Part shown: one piece after another, positions 14,461-29,631 of the stretch
How the letters are laid out: the number at the start of each line of letters is the position of its first letter
How positions within the stretch are numbered: position 1 is the first letter of the stretch
DNA from: the human T2T-CHM13v2.0 reference genome, Homo sapiens
Strand: one strand, 5' to 3'
Length of the DNA: 64,000 nt
Assembly: GCF_009914755.1 (NCBI RefSeq)
Contig: NC_060927.1
Notes under the pieces: model-generated
The model's input: only the letters and a program-made list of their open reading frames with translations
Databases searched by the model: none
Told to the model about the DNA's origin: nothing
Program-made: the position numbers and the translations under genes

Positions 14461-14879
14461 CATGCAAATTCTTTTCTCTTCCCTTCACCAAGTCATAATA
14501 AACCTGTTCTTTAATTCAAAATCAATATGGCCAAAGCCAAATTCACAACATCTTCTCACAAGCTTCCCTTCTCAAACAGCCTGTCTTATCAATCGAGCCA
14601 CCATGTCTCCACTGACCCAGGCTTGGAATGTCTGACTGATAGCTGCCTCAACTTCACCTTCAAAACAAATGTCTGCTCAAGTTATATCCCTCCAACACGA
14701 TTCATTTTGACCTCTTTATCCCTGTTTTGTCAACCACAACCCAAATCTAAGTCTGAATTATTGAAAAAGCCTTCCGTCCGACCCATGTGATTCCTACTTT
14801 TCTCCCCACAAATTCATATACCTCCCACTGCTTAGCTTATCTATTTCGAATACTGGTGTAATACATCCTGGTGATGGCT

Positions 14880-15200
14880 CCCTGTTTCCTACTACTCAGT
14901 GATATATTCATCCGTTCATCCAATAAACAGTTACTGGATATCCACCAAATACCAAGTACTGGGCTATGTATTGGAGGTGCAAAAATGAGCAAGTCATGCC
15001 TTTGAAAGTCCAGTGGGGAGAAGTAAACAGATAGATTATAATACAATGCTATAAAGAAGAGATGAAACTAGAAATTCGCTTTATAGGTTGAACGAGACAA
15101 AATCTCAGATCAGAGATGGTGCTGTATTGGAACAGCATCTCAAGAGAGGAGAGGTGTTTGTCAGGCAAAAAAATGGAAAAGGGCACTATTCTTTTTCAAA
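14880..15200. mobile_element. L2 3' fragment
   Basis: attcatccgttcatccaataaacagttactg... L2 tail pattern. Confidence 0.6.
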
Positions 15201-15899
15201 GGCACATACACAAAAAAACCCTGTGTTTTATAAGTAAAAGACACCCCCACCAACTGTAGAGGAGGTTGAATGGATTTCTTGCAGCAGTGAGTGTGTAAAT
15301 GAGTGACTAGCTAGGATGCAAGACTCCCCTCCTTTGACCAAGCAAGTAAACAAAGGATGGATTCTTCATAGAAGATGCAATGGCAACAGGTGACAAGTTT
15401 CTTTGGGCAACTACTGAGTCAGTTATGTAGGTAAAGGGGTAGAGATTCAAGAATCAAACAAACAAAAGACAACAAAAGCAATACAATATTTCAGACACAG
15501 AACCCCACTGGCCAGAGAGAGAGACAGATTTTACCCCTCAATGACAGTGAACACAGAACTTAGACCATTTGAAATAAAAGTTCTTACCATATCTCTCCTG
15601 ACTCGTACAAACACCAAAGGGCAATAGTAAAGGAGGATAAATCTTTTTGAGGGAAGTGAGCTGTACTATCTCATATCTCACGGGAATCCATTCATGAGAA
15701 AGTCAAATCCAGAAGTCTGTTCCACTTCAGCTCTCATTTACAAAAAAAGTTTTCTCCTTCCTTTCTTAAATCAAGTGACACAAGTCAACTCAAGATGTGC
15801 AGCATCACATCGTCACTCAACCAAACTGTGCACACATCTTCTGCCATGGGTGTCACCAATCTTAAATCTCAGTGTTTAATACTGAGATTTAAAAAAAAA

Positions 15900-16140
15900 T
15901 AATTTTATTGTGTGCATTTGAAGTTTATAGCATGATGTTATAGAATATATATAGATAGTGAAATGGTTACTAAGTGAACCAAATTAACATATCATCTCAC
16001 ATGGTTATTTCTTGTGTATGACAAGAGCAGCTAAAGTCTACTTCCTTAAAAAAATCCCTAATACAATACAATTTTATTAACTCCAGTCCTCACATTATAC
16101 ATTTTAGATCTTTAAACTTAGTAATCCTATATATCTGCTG
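15900..16140 (-). mobile_element. L1MA (L1MA9-like) 3' end
   Basis: atagatagtgaaatggttacta...acaagagcagctaaagtcta...aatacaatacaatttta; flanks atactgagat/atattgagat. Confidence 0.75.
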
Positions 16141-17229
16141 GTTGATATTGAGATACAATACTTAGAAGCTAAAAGCTTATCAAACATGAAGGCTTTTCTG
16201 TTCGGATTTTTTTTTGGAGAGGGTTAACAAAATGTGTTGTTTTAATTTCATTTTCAGAACAAATTAATTTATCTCACCACACTTTTTGTTTCTAGCAAGC
16301 ATGACACCACTAGGTATGAGCTGTGTGCTTATTGTGGATAAGGACAGTGTGTTAGTTACCTCTTTATCCCATCACAGTGTCTGCCACTTAAGCATTCAGC
16401 AAATTAAATCATCAACATGAGAAACATGAGATACATTTTTATCATGTACATGAGATACATGTCCTGTATTTTTATCACCTACGTGAACAGAGCTGAACAC
16501 CTCACCTATTCAATAGTAACTCCAATTTTATTAACTTTCCCTTGACTCATTTTCTTCATCAATAAAACGTGGATCAGATTGCCTTCCTTATAGAGTTATA
16601 GTGAGGGATAAACAGGGTACAGTATACAAAAAGTCAAATGAGTCTTCAATAAACGGCAGACAAATCCCAAACAAAAAGAGGGGCAAAAAGGCCCGTGTCA
16701 GAGAAATCAGAAGTTAAATCACCATAACAATGACCATAAGCAGCAGAGAACTTCAGAAGGTATCCCCAGCCTTTTGGAAATGTCCTTTAATTTCTTCATG
16801 TTGGGTAAATCTAGCAATTGAAAAGGAAAGACGCTGTTAAGTTCAAATGTGGATGTTCATTATAGGAGCTGAATGAGAGACAGGTAAAAGTTTCCAGGGA
16901 AGAAAAAGGCAGTATGCAACAAAGAGTTGGGTATCAAAAAATAAAAATAAAAAGAGGTGCAGAAAACAAGCTCCTTTTCTTCTCTAAATTCGTGGTGCTC
17001 CTATCCAGGTCGGCAACCCCACATCAGTCCTTACCATTGCTCTACCCAGTTTGTGTCCCCACTGAATCACTCCCCAGCTCCAAGTGACGTGTGTGTGTGC
17101 CTATGAAGTTTTAAGGAAAAATTACCTATAATTTTGCTTGATCTTTGTGAATCTCTGTAGCAACACGGAAAACTGCTTAACTTTTCAAAACACATCTAAT
17201 CACCTTATCATTCTTTTATTTCAAGTAAT

Positions 17230-17440
17230 GGCTACAATGTATTGAGCACATAACTAAGCACTGTATGCCAGACACTGTATTAATTGCTTTATATGGATCT
17301 CATTTATTCCCACAACTCTGACTTGTATACTGCCGCTATCCCTGTTTTACAGGTGAGTAAACCTGGAGATGTGGAGTGGTTACATCACTTTTCCAAGGTT
17401 ATACAGCTAGAAAATAAGTGGTAGCTAGAACTTGAGCCCA
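17230..17440. mobile_element. MIR SINE
   Basis: atccctgttttacaggtgagtaaacctggag core. Confidence 0.7.
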
Positions 17441-17459
17441 CTGAATTTTAATGGTGTCA

Positions 17460-17972
17460 CTGTAAAGCCTCTGCGCTGTGTATCTCCTGTCCCCATCACT
17501 CCCCACTCTGCTCCACTGTGCTCTGTACCCCAGGAGTCTGGCCTCCGTGAACTCCAACAAGCTTCCCTGGCCCCCCTGGCCCCCCTGGCTTCAGTGAGTT
17601 TGTGTGATAGACTCCAGGCAGGAGATGAGAAGGAGGGAAGAACAGTTCAGGATATTTATTCCTCTTGGTCCTTCCTGGAAGGTCACCTCAGTCTAGCTTC
17701 CTCAAAGGACGGTCACCATCCTCTAAAGGCAGGCTCTTCTCCACACTTCTGTCCTTTGAGGTTCCCACAACTGCTACCTCCCCTTGTCCCTAGGTCAAGG
17801 GGTGGTCACAGCTCTGCCGTTACTCATCCCAGTAACTCATGCAGTCACTATAACATCATCTGTGGTTTCCCTGCACCCAGCCCACAACTTTGTAAACAGT
17901 CCCATTGTAAATATACTCTTTAATATATGCTGATTTGAATGTACCATCTGGTCCCTCTTGGAACTCTGATAC
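17460..17972 (+). mobile_element. LTR33-like (ERVL) solo LTR
   Basis: ccctaggtcaaggggtggtcacagctc...ctttgtaaacagtccc...ctgataca. Confidence 0.7.
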
Positions 17973-18436
17973 AGCCTTTCTAATAATGCCTTTGGTCTAG
18001 GAATAACAAAATAATTGTTCTCCAGTCATTCCATGCTTTTCTACACCTCTGTGTGTGTGTACTCCATGCTGCTTTCAAGTGAAATGCTCTTCACCACTTT
18101 TTCTGCTGGAAAATTCTAACTCCTCCTTTATAACTTATGAAGGCAGTTATTTTATTCAAACCTCCTTTGACCCCCTCCTTGCCATGGGCAAAATAATGGG
18201 CTTTTTCTATCATACTCTGTAAGCACCTACAACTTAGACAATACATTATACTGTATACATGTGAGACTGGCAAAATCTCAGCATGCACCACTGTACCTGG
18301 TATGCAGTAGGTAAAACAAATGATCACTGAAGGCTTGAATGAATATATTGCTGTTACATATATTCTTTATTCTGTTCTACCCAGGAAATTAATGTCACAG
18401 GCATTCCATTGAGCAACACAGAAGGCTATATGTGTA

Positions 18437-18898
18437 CATGCTGGTTCATTCTATGTGCCAATTTGACTGAGCTAAGAGATGCCCAGATAACTGATAAACA
18501 TTATTTCTGTGTGTATCAGTGAGGGTGTTTCCAGAAGAGAATAGCATTTGAATTGGTGAACTGAGTACAACAGATATCCTTTCCTAATATGGATGGGCAT
18601 CATTTAATCAACTGAAGGGCTGAAAGAACAAAAAGGTAGAGGAAGGGAAAATTCACTCTCTCTGCTTGAGCTGAAACATTCACCTTCTCCTGCTTTTGGA
18701 CACTGGCACTCCTGGTTCTTGGACCTTGGGCCTAATTAGATTAAATCATACCATAGGCTTTCTTGGTTATCCAGCTTTCAGAGAATAGATCACGAGACTT
18801 CTCGGCCTCCTTAAGTACATGAAACAATTTCATATATATGTTTGTATGTATGTATCTATCTGAATATATATATATATATTCTATTGGTTCTGTTCTCT
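18437..18898 (+). mobile_element. MLT2 (MLT2D-like, ERVL) LTR
   Basis: ttgactgagctaagagatgcccagata...aaacattatttctg...gagggtgtttccagaagag; TA-rich segment near the 3' end. Confidence 0.85.
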
Positions 18899-19010
18899 CT
18901 CATATATTATTACATACAAACAGAACATTATATATATAATACTAAGACCTATATATACAGTATATATTATATATGTATTTAACACTATATTATATATAAT
19001 ACTAAGACCA
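18830..19010. repeat. (TA)n-rich low-complexity tract with a duplicated tatatataatactaagacc
   Basis: Seen directly. Confidence 0.8.
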
Positions 19011-19299
19011 CTAAAATTGGGATCTTTCTGGAAAATCAAAATTCAACATAAATTTATTATTTCTTTGTAAAAATGCATATGGAGGAGAGGGAAGGCAAGT
19101 TAACCAGATATACTTTGAATGTAAGGTTACATGTTCCCTTTAATCACTTGATTTACTGAAAAAATACATGCTTAAACCTTTGAAAAAGGAAAGTTGTTTT
19201 TCAGTAGTTCATTATATACTCACTGAGTTTTAAATTCTATCACAATTCACTTTTTAAAATAGCTCTTAACACCACACATATTTACATTAAAATAGTAAC

Positions 19300-19333
19300 T
19301 GAGTCATACTTACCTAAATAGCCTAATGACTCA
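19300..19333. promoter_or_regulatory. Paired AP-1 motifs (TGAGTCA...TGACTCA)
   Basis: TGAGTCA at 19300-19306 and TGACTCA at 19327-19333 in unique sequence. Confidence 0.3.
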
Positions 19334-20004
19334 TTAAAACAACTTTCTTTTCTGTTAAGTCATATTTCTTCCTTCATAATTCAGTTCTCATAACTCATTA
19401 GTTATTTCCAAAGAAGGATGTATCACAGTCATAGACCACTTCTGTTCTTAGAACTTAGGAAGCCATCTCTTTCAGATCAAAATATCTAAAATTTCTATGA
19501 AAATTTTCAATGATTTAACATCAGTGTTACTTCTTAAGATTTATTATTAAGACATGGTTTCTCAGAAAGTCAACTCCTGGTCTAGTGTTTTTAAATGATT
19601 TGACTCTGAATGTTCAGTAACTTTAGTTAGCTCTCAATTGATTTCATTATGGAACATTTTTCTTCCTCTCATGAAAATACGTAACAACAAAATATACCTG
19701 ATTAACAAACAGCTTGATCCATGCAGCATGTAACATTCATAGATGCTAATGCCTCTTTGAAGCATACTTAGTATTTAGAAATCATTTTGCCTTCATTGAA
19801 TGACCAAACAACTGGTGTTCAAAATAAAACATATGCCTGACTATAATAATATGGCAAGTACATATTTGTCAGTAATGGGTATTGCTTTGCATGATTTATT
19901 TTTGTTTTCAGAAAATGAGTCCTCGAGAAATCCTACAAATCACTTTCTTGCATAGAACTGAATTTTGGTAAAAGGAAAAAGGCGCTATGTTCAGTCCCTC
20001 CGCC

Positions 20005-20638
<634 letters not shown>

Positions 20639-21469
20639 TCCTATAGACAGCAACCCTACCAAAGTCAGAAAGGCTAAGGGACTAGCTGAGGCTCTGATTC
20701 CTAATCCCATGTCCTTCCCATTAAATCATTTTGTCAACTTATATAGGTTGAGGCTATACCTATGCTAAGTGAAAATATCCATCTGATAGATTCAACTTGA
20801 GATTCTACTTTGCCCCATTATATTTGTTCTCTGAGGAGAGTGAAGAAGAAGAAAAGGAGAGGTTTTTGTGTTAGGCCATTATCAATGAGACTCATCAATA
20901 CTCAACTAATCTATAAAATGAGCTCAACCTTCCCCTAAGAATACTAAATACTCATAGATAATGGGCTGGCCCTTTGATTTTAATTCTCAGAGGATCAGTG
21001 TTTTTAATGTTTTATCATTAGTTCCTTTCAATTAAGTCAGGTAATAATGCTGCCTGGCCATTCAAACCCAAATGAATGGCTTCAATTATCCCAGGGTCTA
21101 TTTCTCAATCAGGAGCCAAGGCCCTGGGACCAAATAGCTAACACTCCTCAAAGTACCTCTAGATTATTTTCTGAAAAGAATTCAAAGATTATTACATTTT
21201 AGTGAATTTTCTAGAGAATGCACTGTTTTTATTAAACGGGAGTTTTTGCTAATTTTGCTCCTTTCTAAAGATGTTGGAAAGTCTAAGAAAACTCTTACTC
21301 AAAAACGAGGAAGTGGGAAAATCTCAAACTAAACCCTCTCAGATTATGTTCTTACTCAAAATACATTTGATGTATTTGAAACACTTGATGCCTTTATGAA
21401 CAAATTTGCCTTGATTTATTATGCAAAGTCATAATTAGCTATTTTAATTCATTAACTGCTTGTTTTTAA

Positions 21470-23700
21470 AAAATATCCAATTTTTAAAAACAACAAAGCA
21501 AAAGTTACATGGTATGACCTATAGAGGTTTTACAGTGGATGAATTTTAACAAATGTATACACACATACAAAGCTCTAATCAAGTTATCGAATATTTCTAC
21601 CACTCTAGGAAGTTCTCCAGTGCTCACCTGCAGTCAAGCTCCACCACTTTCATGGAAACTGCTGTTCTGATTTCTATCACCAAAAGTAAGTTCTGCCTGT
21701 TCTTGAAATCAATATAAAGTATGTACACTTTGGTGTTGAACTTCTTTCAACTATTTAGAGAAGTCCACCATGCACTTACAGGTATTAGAAATTTTTCTTC
21801 TTATAGGTGAAGTATCTTTTATTCCATGAAATGAAAATCCAACATTTTATCTATGCTTTTGATGGACTATCGGATTATTTCCAGTTTAGAATCTTTACAA
21901 GTAAAGTGACTATGAACATTTGTGTAGCAAAACTTCTGTGGATACATACTTTCCTTTTGTAGGGGTAAATACCAGGAAATGGAACTGTAAAATCATAAAA
22001 CATATCTTTTAAAAAAAAAAAAAAAAAAGAAACTGAGGAACTGTTTTCCAAAGTGATTGTACCATTTCATACTCCCACTAGCTATGTTTATGCATTTCTG
22101 TTATTCCATCATCTTATTCACTGGATGTTTTAATTTTAGCTCTTCAAGTGGATCTACAGTGGTATCTCATTCCTGTTTTGAATGTGCACTTTCATGATAA
22201 ATAATGATATTGAACACCTTTTAATGGACTTATTGGCATTTGAAAAAACATATATATAAATATATTTATTTCTTTGGGCACTCTGTTGAAATATTTCACC
22301 TTTTATGTTGCCTTAAATTGGGTTATTATGAAGCATTGTAGAAATATATATACATATATACACACACATATGTTCTGCATACATGTCTTTTGTCAGATAT
22401 ATATATTTCAAGTATTTTCCTCCAGTCTGTAGCTTGCCTTTTTATTTTCTTAACTGGGTCTTTTGATAATCAGAAGGTTTTTATTTTAATGAAGTTCAAT
22501 TTATTAACTTATTTTTTCTTTTATAGCTAGTGCTTTTTGTGTGCTCTTTAAGAAATCTCTGCCTGAGACTGTAAGATATTTTTTCTCTAATTTGTTATAG
22601 AACTTCTACAGTTTTTGCATTTATATTTAAGTGTGTAATACATCTCAAAATAGTTCTTTTTCTTAGTCTTTTTTTTCCTGTTTAGATAATTTCTATTGAT
22701 ATGGCTCAAAGTTCACTGACCTTTTAGCATGCAGAGACTAGTTGGCTGTTAACTCCATTCAGTATATTTCAATCATGGCACTTTTCTTTTCTCTTTGTTT
22801 TTTTTTCCTGAGACCGCTCACTCTGTCACCCAGGCTGGAGGGCAGTGGCATGTTCAGAACTCACTGCAGCGTCAGCCTCCCAGGCTCAAGCAATCCTCCC
22901 ACCTCAGCCTCCTGAGTAGCTCAAATCACAGGTGTGCACCAACACGCCTTGCTAATTTTTTTATTTTTTGTAGAGGGGGTCTCTCACCATGTTGCCCAGG
23001 CTGGTCTTGAATTCTAGGATCAAACAATCCTCCCACCTCAGCCTCACACAGTGCTGGAATTAGAGGCATGAGCCACCACACCCAGCCATGGCACTTTTTG
23101 ATCCTAGAATTTCTATTTGATTTTTATAGCAGTTTTTAGGTAAGATTCTTCATCTGTTCTTGAACAGCATCCATGCTTTCCTTTAAGTTCTTTAACAATA
23201 TTATTATAGCTATGGTAACTCTAATATCTTGGTCATCTTCCATCTGTTTCCAGTGACTGCTTGTTTTCTTCATTAGTTGTCTTCTTCACTTGTATAATAA
23301 TTATGAATGATATATCCCAAGGTGTCTGGATTATCTTTTCTTCCCTTAACATATTGAGTATTTTTGTGGCAGTTAAATTATTGGCAGATTCTCTTGATCC
23401 TTTCACGCTTGCTTTTATACTCTGTTAGAGTGGGCCTATTTGGTTTTATTCTTCATTTTAGATTGTGATTCTCCTAAGGTATGTCTCCTTCTATAGCCCC
23501 AACTGAGCTTCTAGGCTGTTAAGCAAGACCTTCTACACTGGCTGCGACAGGACTCCAATATCTCTCAGCATTGTGTGACCTTCAGTGCCTCTGTTAAGCA
23601 TTCAGTTCTGCAGAAGGCACCCTCTACTGTGTCTTACAGAGTCCCACTCTGTGAATATACAGCCTAGCCACTGGCCAATGGCACACAAGGAACCCTCATT
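21470..23700 (-). mobile_element. Old L1M (ME/MC-like) fragments interrupted by an AluJ
   Basis: aactgttttccaaagtgattgtaccatt...gtggtatctcatt...ttttgtcagatata...; ORF2/3'UTR-like antisense L1. Confidence 0.8.
22786..23087 (-). mobile_element. AluJ
   Basis: Dimeric Alu; TSD atggcactttt. Confidence 0.92.
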
Positions 23701-24169
23701 AAACCAATACAAAGACAAGTTCAACAGTATTTTACAGAAAATCTTTTAAGCCAAAGAGAAAAACAGTCATGATTAACTATGTTGGCAATAATTTTAAGGT
23801 ACATAAAAAAAGATATTTGTAACATATCTGTATTATCCTAATAGACAAAAGTATCCGCTATAGGAGTACATGATTCGCTGCCTATGTCCGAGAGCTTTGA
23901 ATCTCAATTCCTCACACCTGGTGCCATTTTATTCATAATATGTAAAAGGAAGAGCTGCTAGAAAAACTTACGTCACCTGTGTTAAGTTTATAGATATACA
24001 CTTGAATTAACAATATTTTTGGCCAAGATTCAAAATAACTTTATGTTTTCTGAAGCCCAATTCAGTTAGAACTTGAGGTCAAGCAAAGAAATCAAGTGTA
24101 AGAGCTGACATAAAAACAGGTTTCCTTTTCAATACACTTTCAGCTATCTTAGAAATTAACTGTTCGGAG

Positions 24170-25090
24170 TGTTTTTCTATTCATACTCCAGAACCTCTCG
24201 CCCAATAAAATTATCTCCTCCCAGGGCTTTCACTAGTGTCAATTCACTAAAGATGCCCGTGTCAACATTTCAAGGTCACGCCTCCTCAAGAGTTTAAATA
24301 TTCATCTAGATATCCACCTTGAATTCAAAAACCCCACAACAGAATTCCTTCTCTTGTTCCCGCAAAAATCTGTACCTCTTCCTGAATCTGCATTCTGGCT
24401 GCACTATGTACCTAGTCACCGAGAGGTGGACTTATACCCCTCTTCTCTTTCACCCTTTCATCTGTCTGATGCATCACTAAGCCCCAAGAGCTTCCTCCTT
24501 TAATTATATCTGAAGTTTGTCCCTCTGTTTCCATCTCTGCTCTAATGCAATTTTTTAAAAATCACTCACTCTATTCCCACAGCCTTCAAACTGGTCTCTT
24601 CCCTCCTATCCATTCACAACACAGCTTCTAAGTGCTCTTCTTAAAATACTCATTTGATAACATAGTTTCCTGTTTTAAAATGTACTAAGTATTCCCACAC
24701 ATCTCTAGAAAAAAGTTCACATTGCTTTTGTGCCTCTCACTGCCTTTTAATTCGCTTCTCTAATAATTTACATCCTAGTTGCCCAGCTACACCAAACCAG
24801 TTGAAATTGCTTGGACGTGTCATATGGTTTCAGAACCTAAGCCGTTTGCACAAGGCAAACCATCCACATGCTCATCCTTGGGTCTCAGATCAAACATGAA
24901 CACCTGAGATAGAAGACTCTGGTTTTTCTGACCGCTGTGTTGTTCCAATCTGTTTATTTTACTGGACTCTATTTGAAATGATCCATTTGTCCTCTATTAG
25001 ACTGTAAATTCCCTATGTGGAGGGAGCATAACAAATATATCTTTATTCTCCTGTGTCTAGCACAATGCTTCACCATATTTGCAATAAATC
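24170..25090. mobile_element. L2 fragment(s)
   Basis: aactggtctcttccctcc...ctattagactgtaaattcc...gtctagcacaatgc...caataaat. Confidence 0.65.
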
Positions 25091-25179
25091 AGTGTAAATG
25101 TAATTGGGATATCCACCACCTTAAATATTCATCTTTTTTATGCTACAACCATTTTAATTATTAAATATTTTCTTCTAGC

Positions 25180-25336
25180 TTTTTTTTTTTAAGAGATGGG
25201 GTCTGGGCTGGAGTGCAGTGGCTATTCACAGGCGACATCATAACTCACGGCAAACTTGAACTCCTGGGTTCAAGTGATCCTCCTGCCTCTGCCTCCCAAG
25301 TAGCTGAGAATACAAGCTCATGCCACTGAACCTGGC
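25180..25336 (-). mobile_element. FAM (fossil Alu monomer)
   Basis: Monomeric, with the 7SL-like gctattcacaggcg signature. Confidence 0.85.
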
Positions 25337-25726
25337 TCTCAAGTAGTCGGTTTTTAACTAAAAATATTTACAGGTTACTACAAGGCTCTTCTTTTTATTT
25401 TTCAATCTTACTGGAATGAAAAGCAATAACTTCTAACATTAGAGTTATCATTCTGCTCTATGATGTAACTTAGAAAATATAATAAAACTGCAAATCTATT
25501 TCCAAAGCACATTTAAAAAATACCCCCAGATAGCTGAGCATTCATAAATTGATTTTATGGTCATTTGCAAAGGTAGCAGGACATTGGGGAAGTAAAGAGA
25601 GAGAGCAATGATTGATTATTTGAGAAGTTAACCTCATTTTAGCAGATTTTTGTGGGGTTTTTTTTTTTTTTTTTAGCTCAAAATGTTTATCTAACAGATA
25701 AATCAAATGGAGCTTTCTGTACATAC

Positions 25727-25846
25727 CTCATTACAATTCTAATTTATTTTCCCAAAAGAATCTTCACAATTATGTAAAAATTGGCACGGTCCTGCTAGTG
25801 ACACTTCCTATTCTTTCATACCATAAAGCCTGAGCTTATAAACAAG
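25727..25846 (-). other. Candidate 120-nt non-coding exon or pseudo-exon
   Basis: gcctctctctgcag|CTTG...AATGAG|gtatgt; all three frames closed. Confidence 0.2.
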
Positions 25847-26849
25847 CTGCAGAGAGAGGCATTTTCATTACATACATCACTGCATTGTGGCGGTATCTCC
25901 AGAAGGGCTTAAATGCATCATGTACTTTTACCCAAATGGTCTCTGAACAAGAGTGTTGGAAGAGATGTCAGTTCTTGGGCCCTGACAATGTTGTTTCCTA
26001 GCCTAAAAAGTCTGAGAAATGTGGAATATTCCTACCTCTTTCTGTGAGAAGTCAGAAAATGAAGAGACGTATTCATCTTTAAGCCAACCTTCCAAATTTA
26101 CCTGAGCATAGAGCACCACCCCTTCACCACCACCCTCTTTTCTTTCCTTTGGAAATTCTTATTAACATTCTATAGGACATCACTGGAAGGTTAATCTGAT
26201 TGCGGCACATCCATAATTTGGCTATTTAGAACATTATGTTTAAAAACAGAGTTAATGTCATGAGTCTGTCTGCTTATCTCTATCTCATTGTATTTTCCCC
26301 TTATCTTCCTGGTTTCTTTTTCTTCCTGAATCTCCAACACATGCCCACACTTGGATTTTAAATTATTGGTCCAAGACAAAAAGAGTCATGAGTACAAGTT
26401 CGGGCCGATCTACTTCAATGAACAAACAATCGAAAGCTCTTTACTTCCTGATGGCAAAAATATATAAAATTAGTGACATCTACTTCAGTATGCATTAACC
26501 TCTTTTTAAAAAGCTGCCTCCTTTATCTTCCATTCTCAATTTGCTTTAGGATGTCTTTTATTTCTTCCTTATCTATGGCTCCTACTTTCTCACAGACTTC
26601 TTTTTTAAAATGTATTTGGAGGCTGATATGATCAGTGTACTTCCTCTGAAATTAAAGTTTCTTTTGATATTGAGTTCAGTATATTCAGAGTGGAAATCAA
26701 ATGACTTAGGCTGGTTACAAAGATTTAAGTTAATAGAGATGAATTTAATCCACTGGTGGTGTGTTCATAATCAAATGAAGGACTCATTTCTGTTCTAGAG
26801 CCTACCAAATAAAAATGTCAAAATAATTGGATTAAAATCATATGAAATT

Positions 26850-27430
26850 TATTTATTCAACAAATATTAAATGTTTTTATGTGCCAGACAATATTGGGTG
26901 ATGGACATACTGATGTTAACACTGAGACCCTACCTTGCCTTCAACAGCCTCTAGTTTAGCAGAGAAGGCACACATTAATTCTGTATTTGTGTGTGCCATG
27001 ATCTGATTGTAATTGTGATAAATGTCATGGGAGAGATGATAGGGCTGATACAGCCCAGTCCTTGGGTGGGGAGGCTGGGTAAGGATAGGGTCAGAGAAGG
27101 ATGACCTGAGAAAGTGACGTTGAAGCTAAGATATAAAGAATTTGAAAATGGCTTGGTAAAGTTCTAGATAAATGAAACAGCATCAAATGCGAAGGTTGCC
27201 ACATTTGAGATGAGAGCAGGTCAGTGTGGTTGCAGTACAGAGAGCAAGGCACGATAGTGTGAGACTAGGCAGAGAATAAGCAGAGCCACCATCATAGGAG
27301 CTCAGAGGCCATCTTAGGACATCAGAACTTTCTGTTAAAAACAATGGGAAGCCATGAAAGGTTTTTAAAGCAGGAAATGGACATGATCAGGTTGAGAGTA
27401 TAAGCCGTCTCCCTAGCTCAGTGGAGAAAG
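26850..27430. mobile_element. L2 3' region
   Basis: atttattcaacaaatatt...tgtgccagaca...aatgggaagccatgaaaggtttttaaagcagg. Confidence 0.75.
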
Positions 27431-29078
27431 CAGACTCATCTTGGTGGTAGTAGGGAGACCAGCAATTGTCCCCAAAATGTCCAGTCACTACTGGCAAAAG
27501 CACCCCTAAAAAACATACAATTGAGGAATGCAAGGTGCAACTTCATTAGAAGCCCCTCGGCTTACAACGTCTATCTAACCAGAATGCCATTCTTAAATCG
27601 CTCCTATTCCTATTTCAAACTTCTGGTTCAAACAGCTCTAGTAGCCATGGAAGAAAAGATTAAAGGCAGAAAGACTGGTAGCAGAAAAGCCAATAAGGAG
27701 GTTTTAGCCTAGGCACTTGGTCCTGGTGGTTCAGGAAGTAGAGAAAAGTCAATTAAAACAAGCTACACAGAAGGCGGAATCTCTAGTATGTGGTGAATCT
27801 GGTTATTGCAATTACTACATGTATCTTTTTAAAAAAGTAATGGTTTTGGTTCCTCTTGAAATTTACATGACACTGGAATATCCTCATTTCTCTGAATTAT
27901 TTTTCTTACATATAACACATATATGACATTTGACCTTGTCAGATGCTTAAAACAGAAGAATTAAGCCAAGAAATATTTCTATCAATCTCAAGTCTTTTAG
28001 GAACCTAACTAAAGGAGAATTAATAGTTTAATTATAAACAATTCTTTCCTGATCATTTTAAAAGACCCACTGAGAATGTGTGCCAGGCAAAATAGTCTAG
28101 TTTTAGTTACTTTTTGCAACCTAAAGTAAGAAGTCTCTATTTTTTTAAACAATATTTGATGACTTAGGGTGATCCAGAATTAATTTCCTCCGCTGCTAAT
28201 GCAATTCTGTAAGTTTTTACTCAATTCTACTCTGCATCATTAAACAGGACTAAAAGCTTTACATTTAGGGAAGCATATCACTTGGAAAAAAAACACGTTA
28301 ATGTGAATTATAACAACAAACTTTGGAGACTAAAGGCATGACTAGTAGGATCTTCCACCCCAGATTTTTTATATGCTAAGAAAATGAAGAAAGAAGCACA
28401 CACACATACTAGATTACCTACAACACGGCCTCTTAGGCAAAGCATTGACATTTATGTAGAAGGACTTCAAGCGTGGAGCTAGAGAATATGCATATTCAAG
28501 TAATAATTTGATTTTAAAACCTGTGCAGCCCGAAGTCAAGATCAAATTGCATACTCAATTTTTCCACCAACATTTAGAATATTTTCTCAACGTTGAGACG
28601 TGATAATAGTTGTGTGGCTGTGTGTTTTTTAAAAAGTCTATTAAGTAGAAGAGACTGCTAATCACTGAACCAGCCCTTGCAGTTTTCTTTGCTGCTCTAC
28701 AGTCAGTTAACAGGATATTACAAAATAAATTAAGAATAAGAAACAGGCCAAGTTAATGCACATGATAAAGAGTTGAGTCAGGGAAGGTTTCTGCAATATT
28801 TGGAGCCTGAAAGGAGAGACTCTAAGGGTAGCAGTGGTGTATGATAATGAGAAGAGGGAGAGAAAAATGGTAAAATACTTTATGCTCTTCAAGAATCATT
28901 CCTTTTGCTCCTTTTGAAAAAAAAAAACAAAAACAAAAACCAAAAAAAACACTTTCACGGTAGCAATTTTTAAATGCTTTTCAATAATTGTGAGTGCCAG
29001 ATTCATGATTCTGTATAGGAACATCTTAATGTAACATCCTTAAGTAGAAACCCAGTAGAACTTGGTTTTGTATCATTA

Positions 29079-29537
<459 letters not shown>

Positions 29538-29631
29538 TCAATCACAAATTTTCACTGGGTCAGTGCCTGCTCAGATATCATATCTAGGCTTAATCAACTG
29601 TTCTGTAGAAAGACCTTCCCAGATCCTATAG

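Noticed and set aside
17432-17923. Longest ORF (163 aa)
   Set aside because: Lies within an LTR33-like element, starts at a non-ATG codon and has no recognisable domain.
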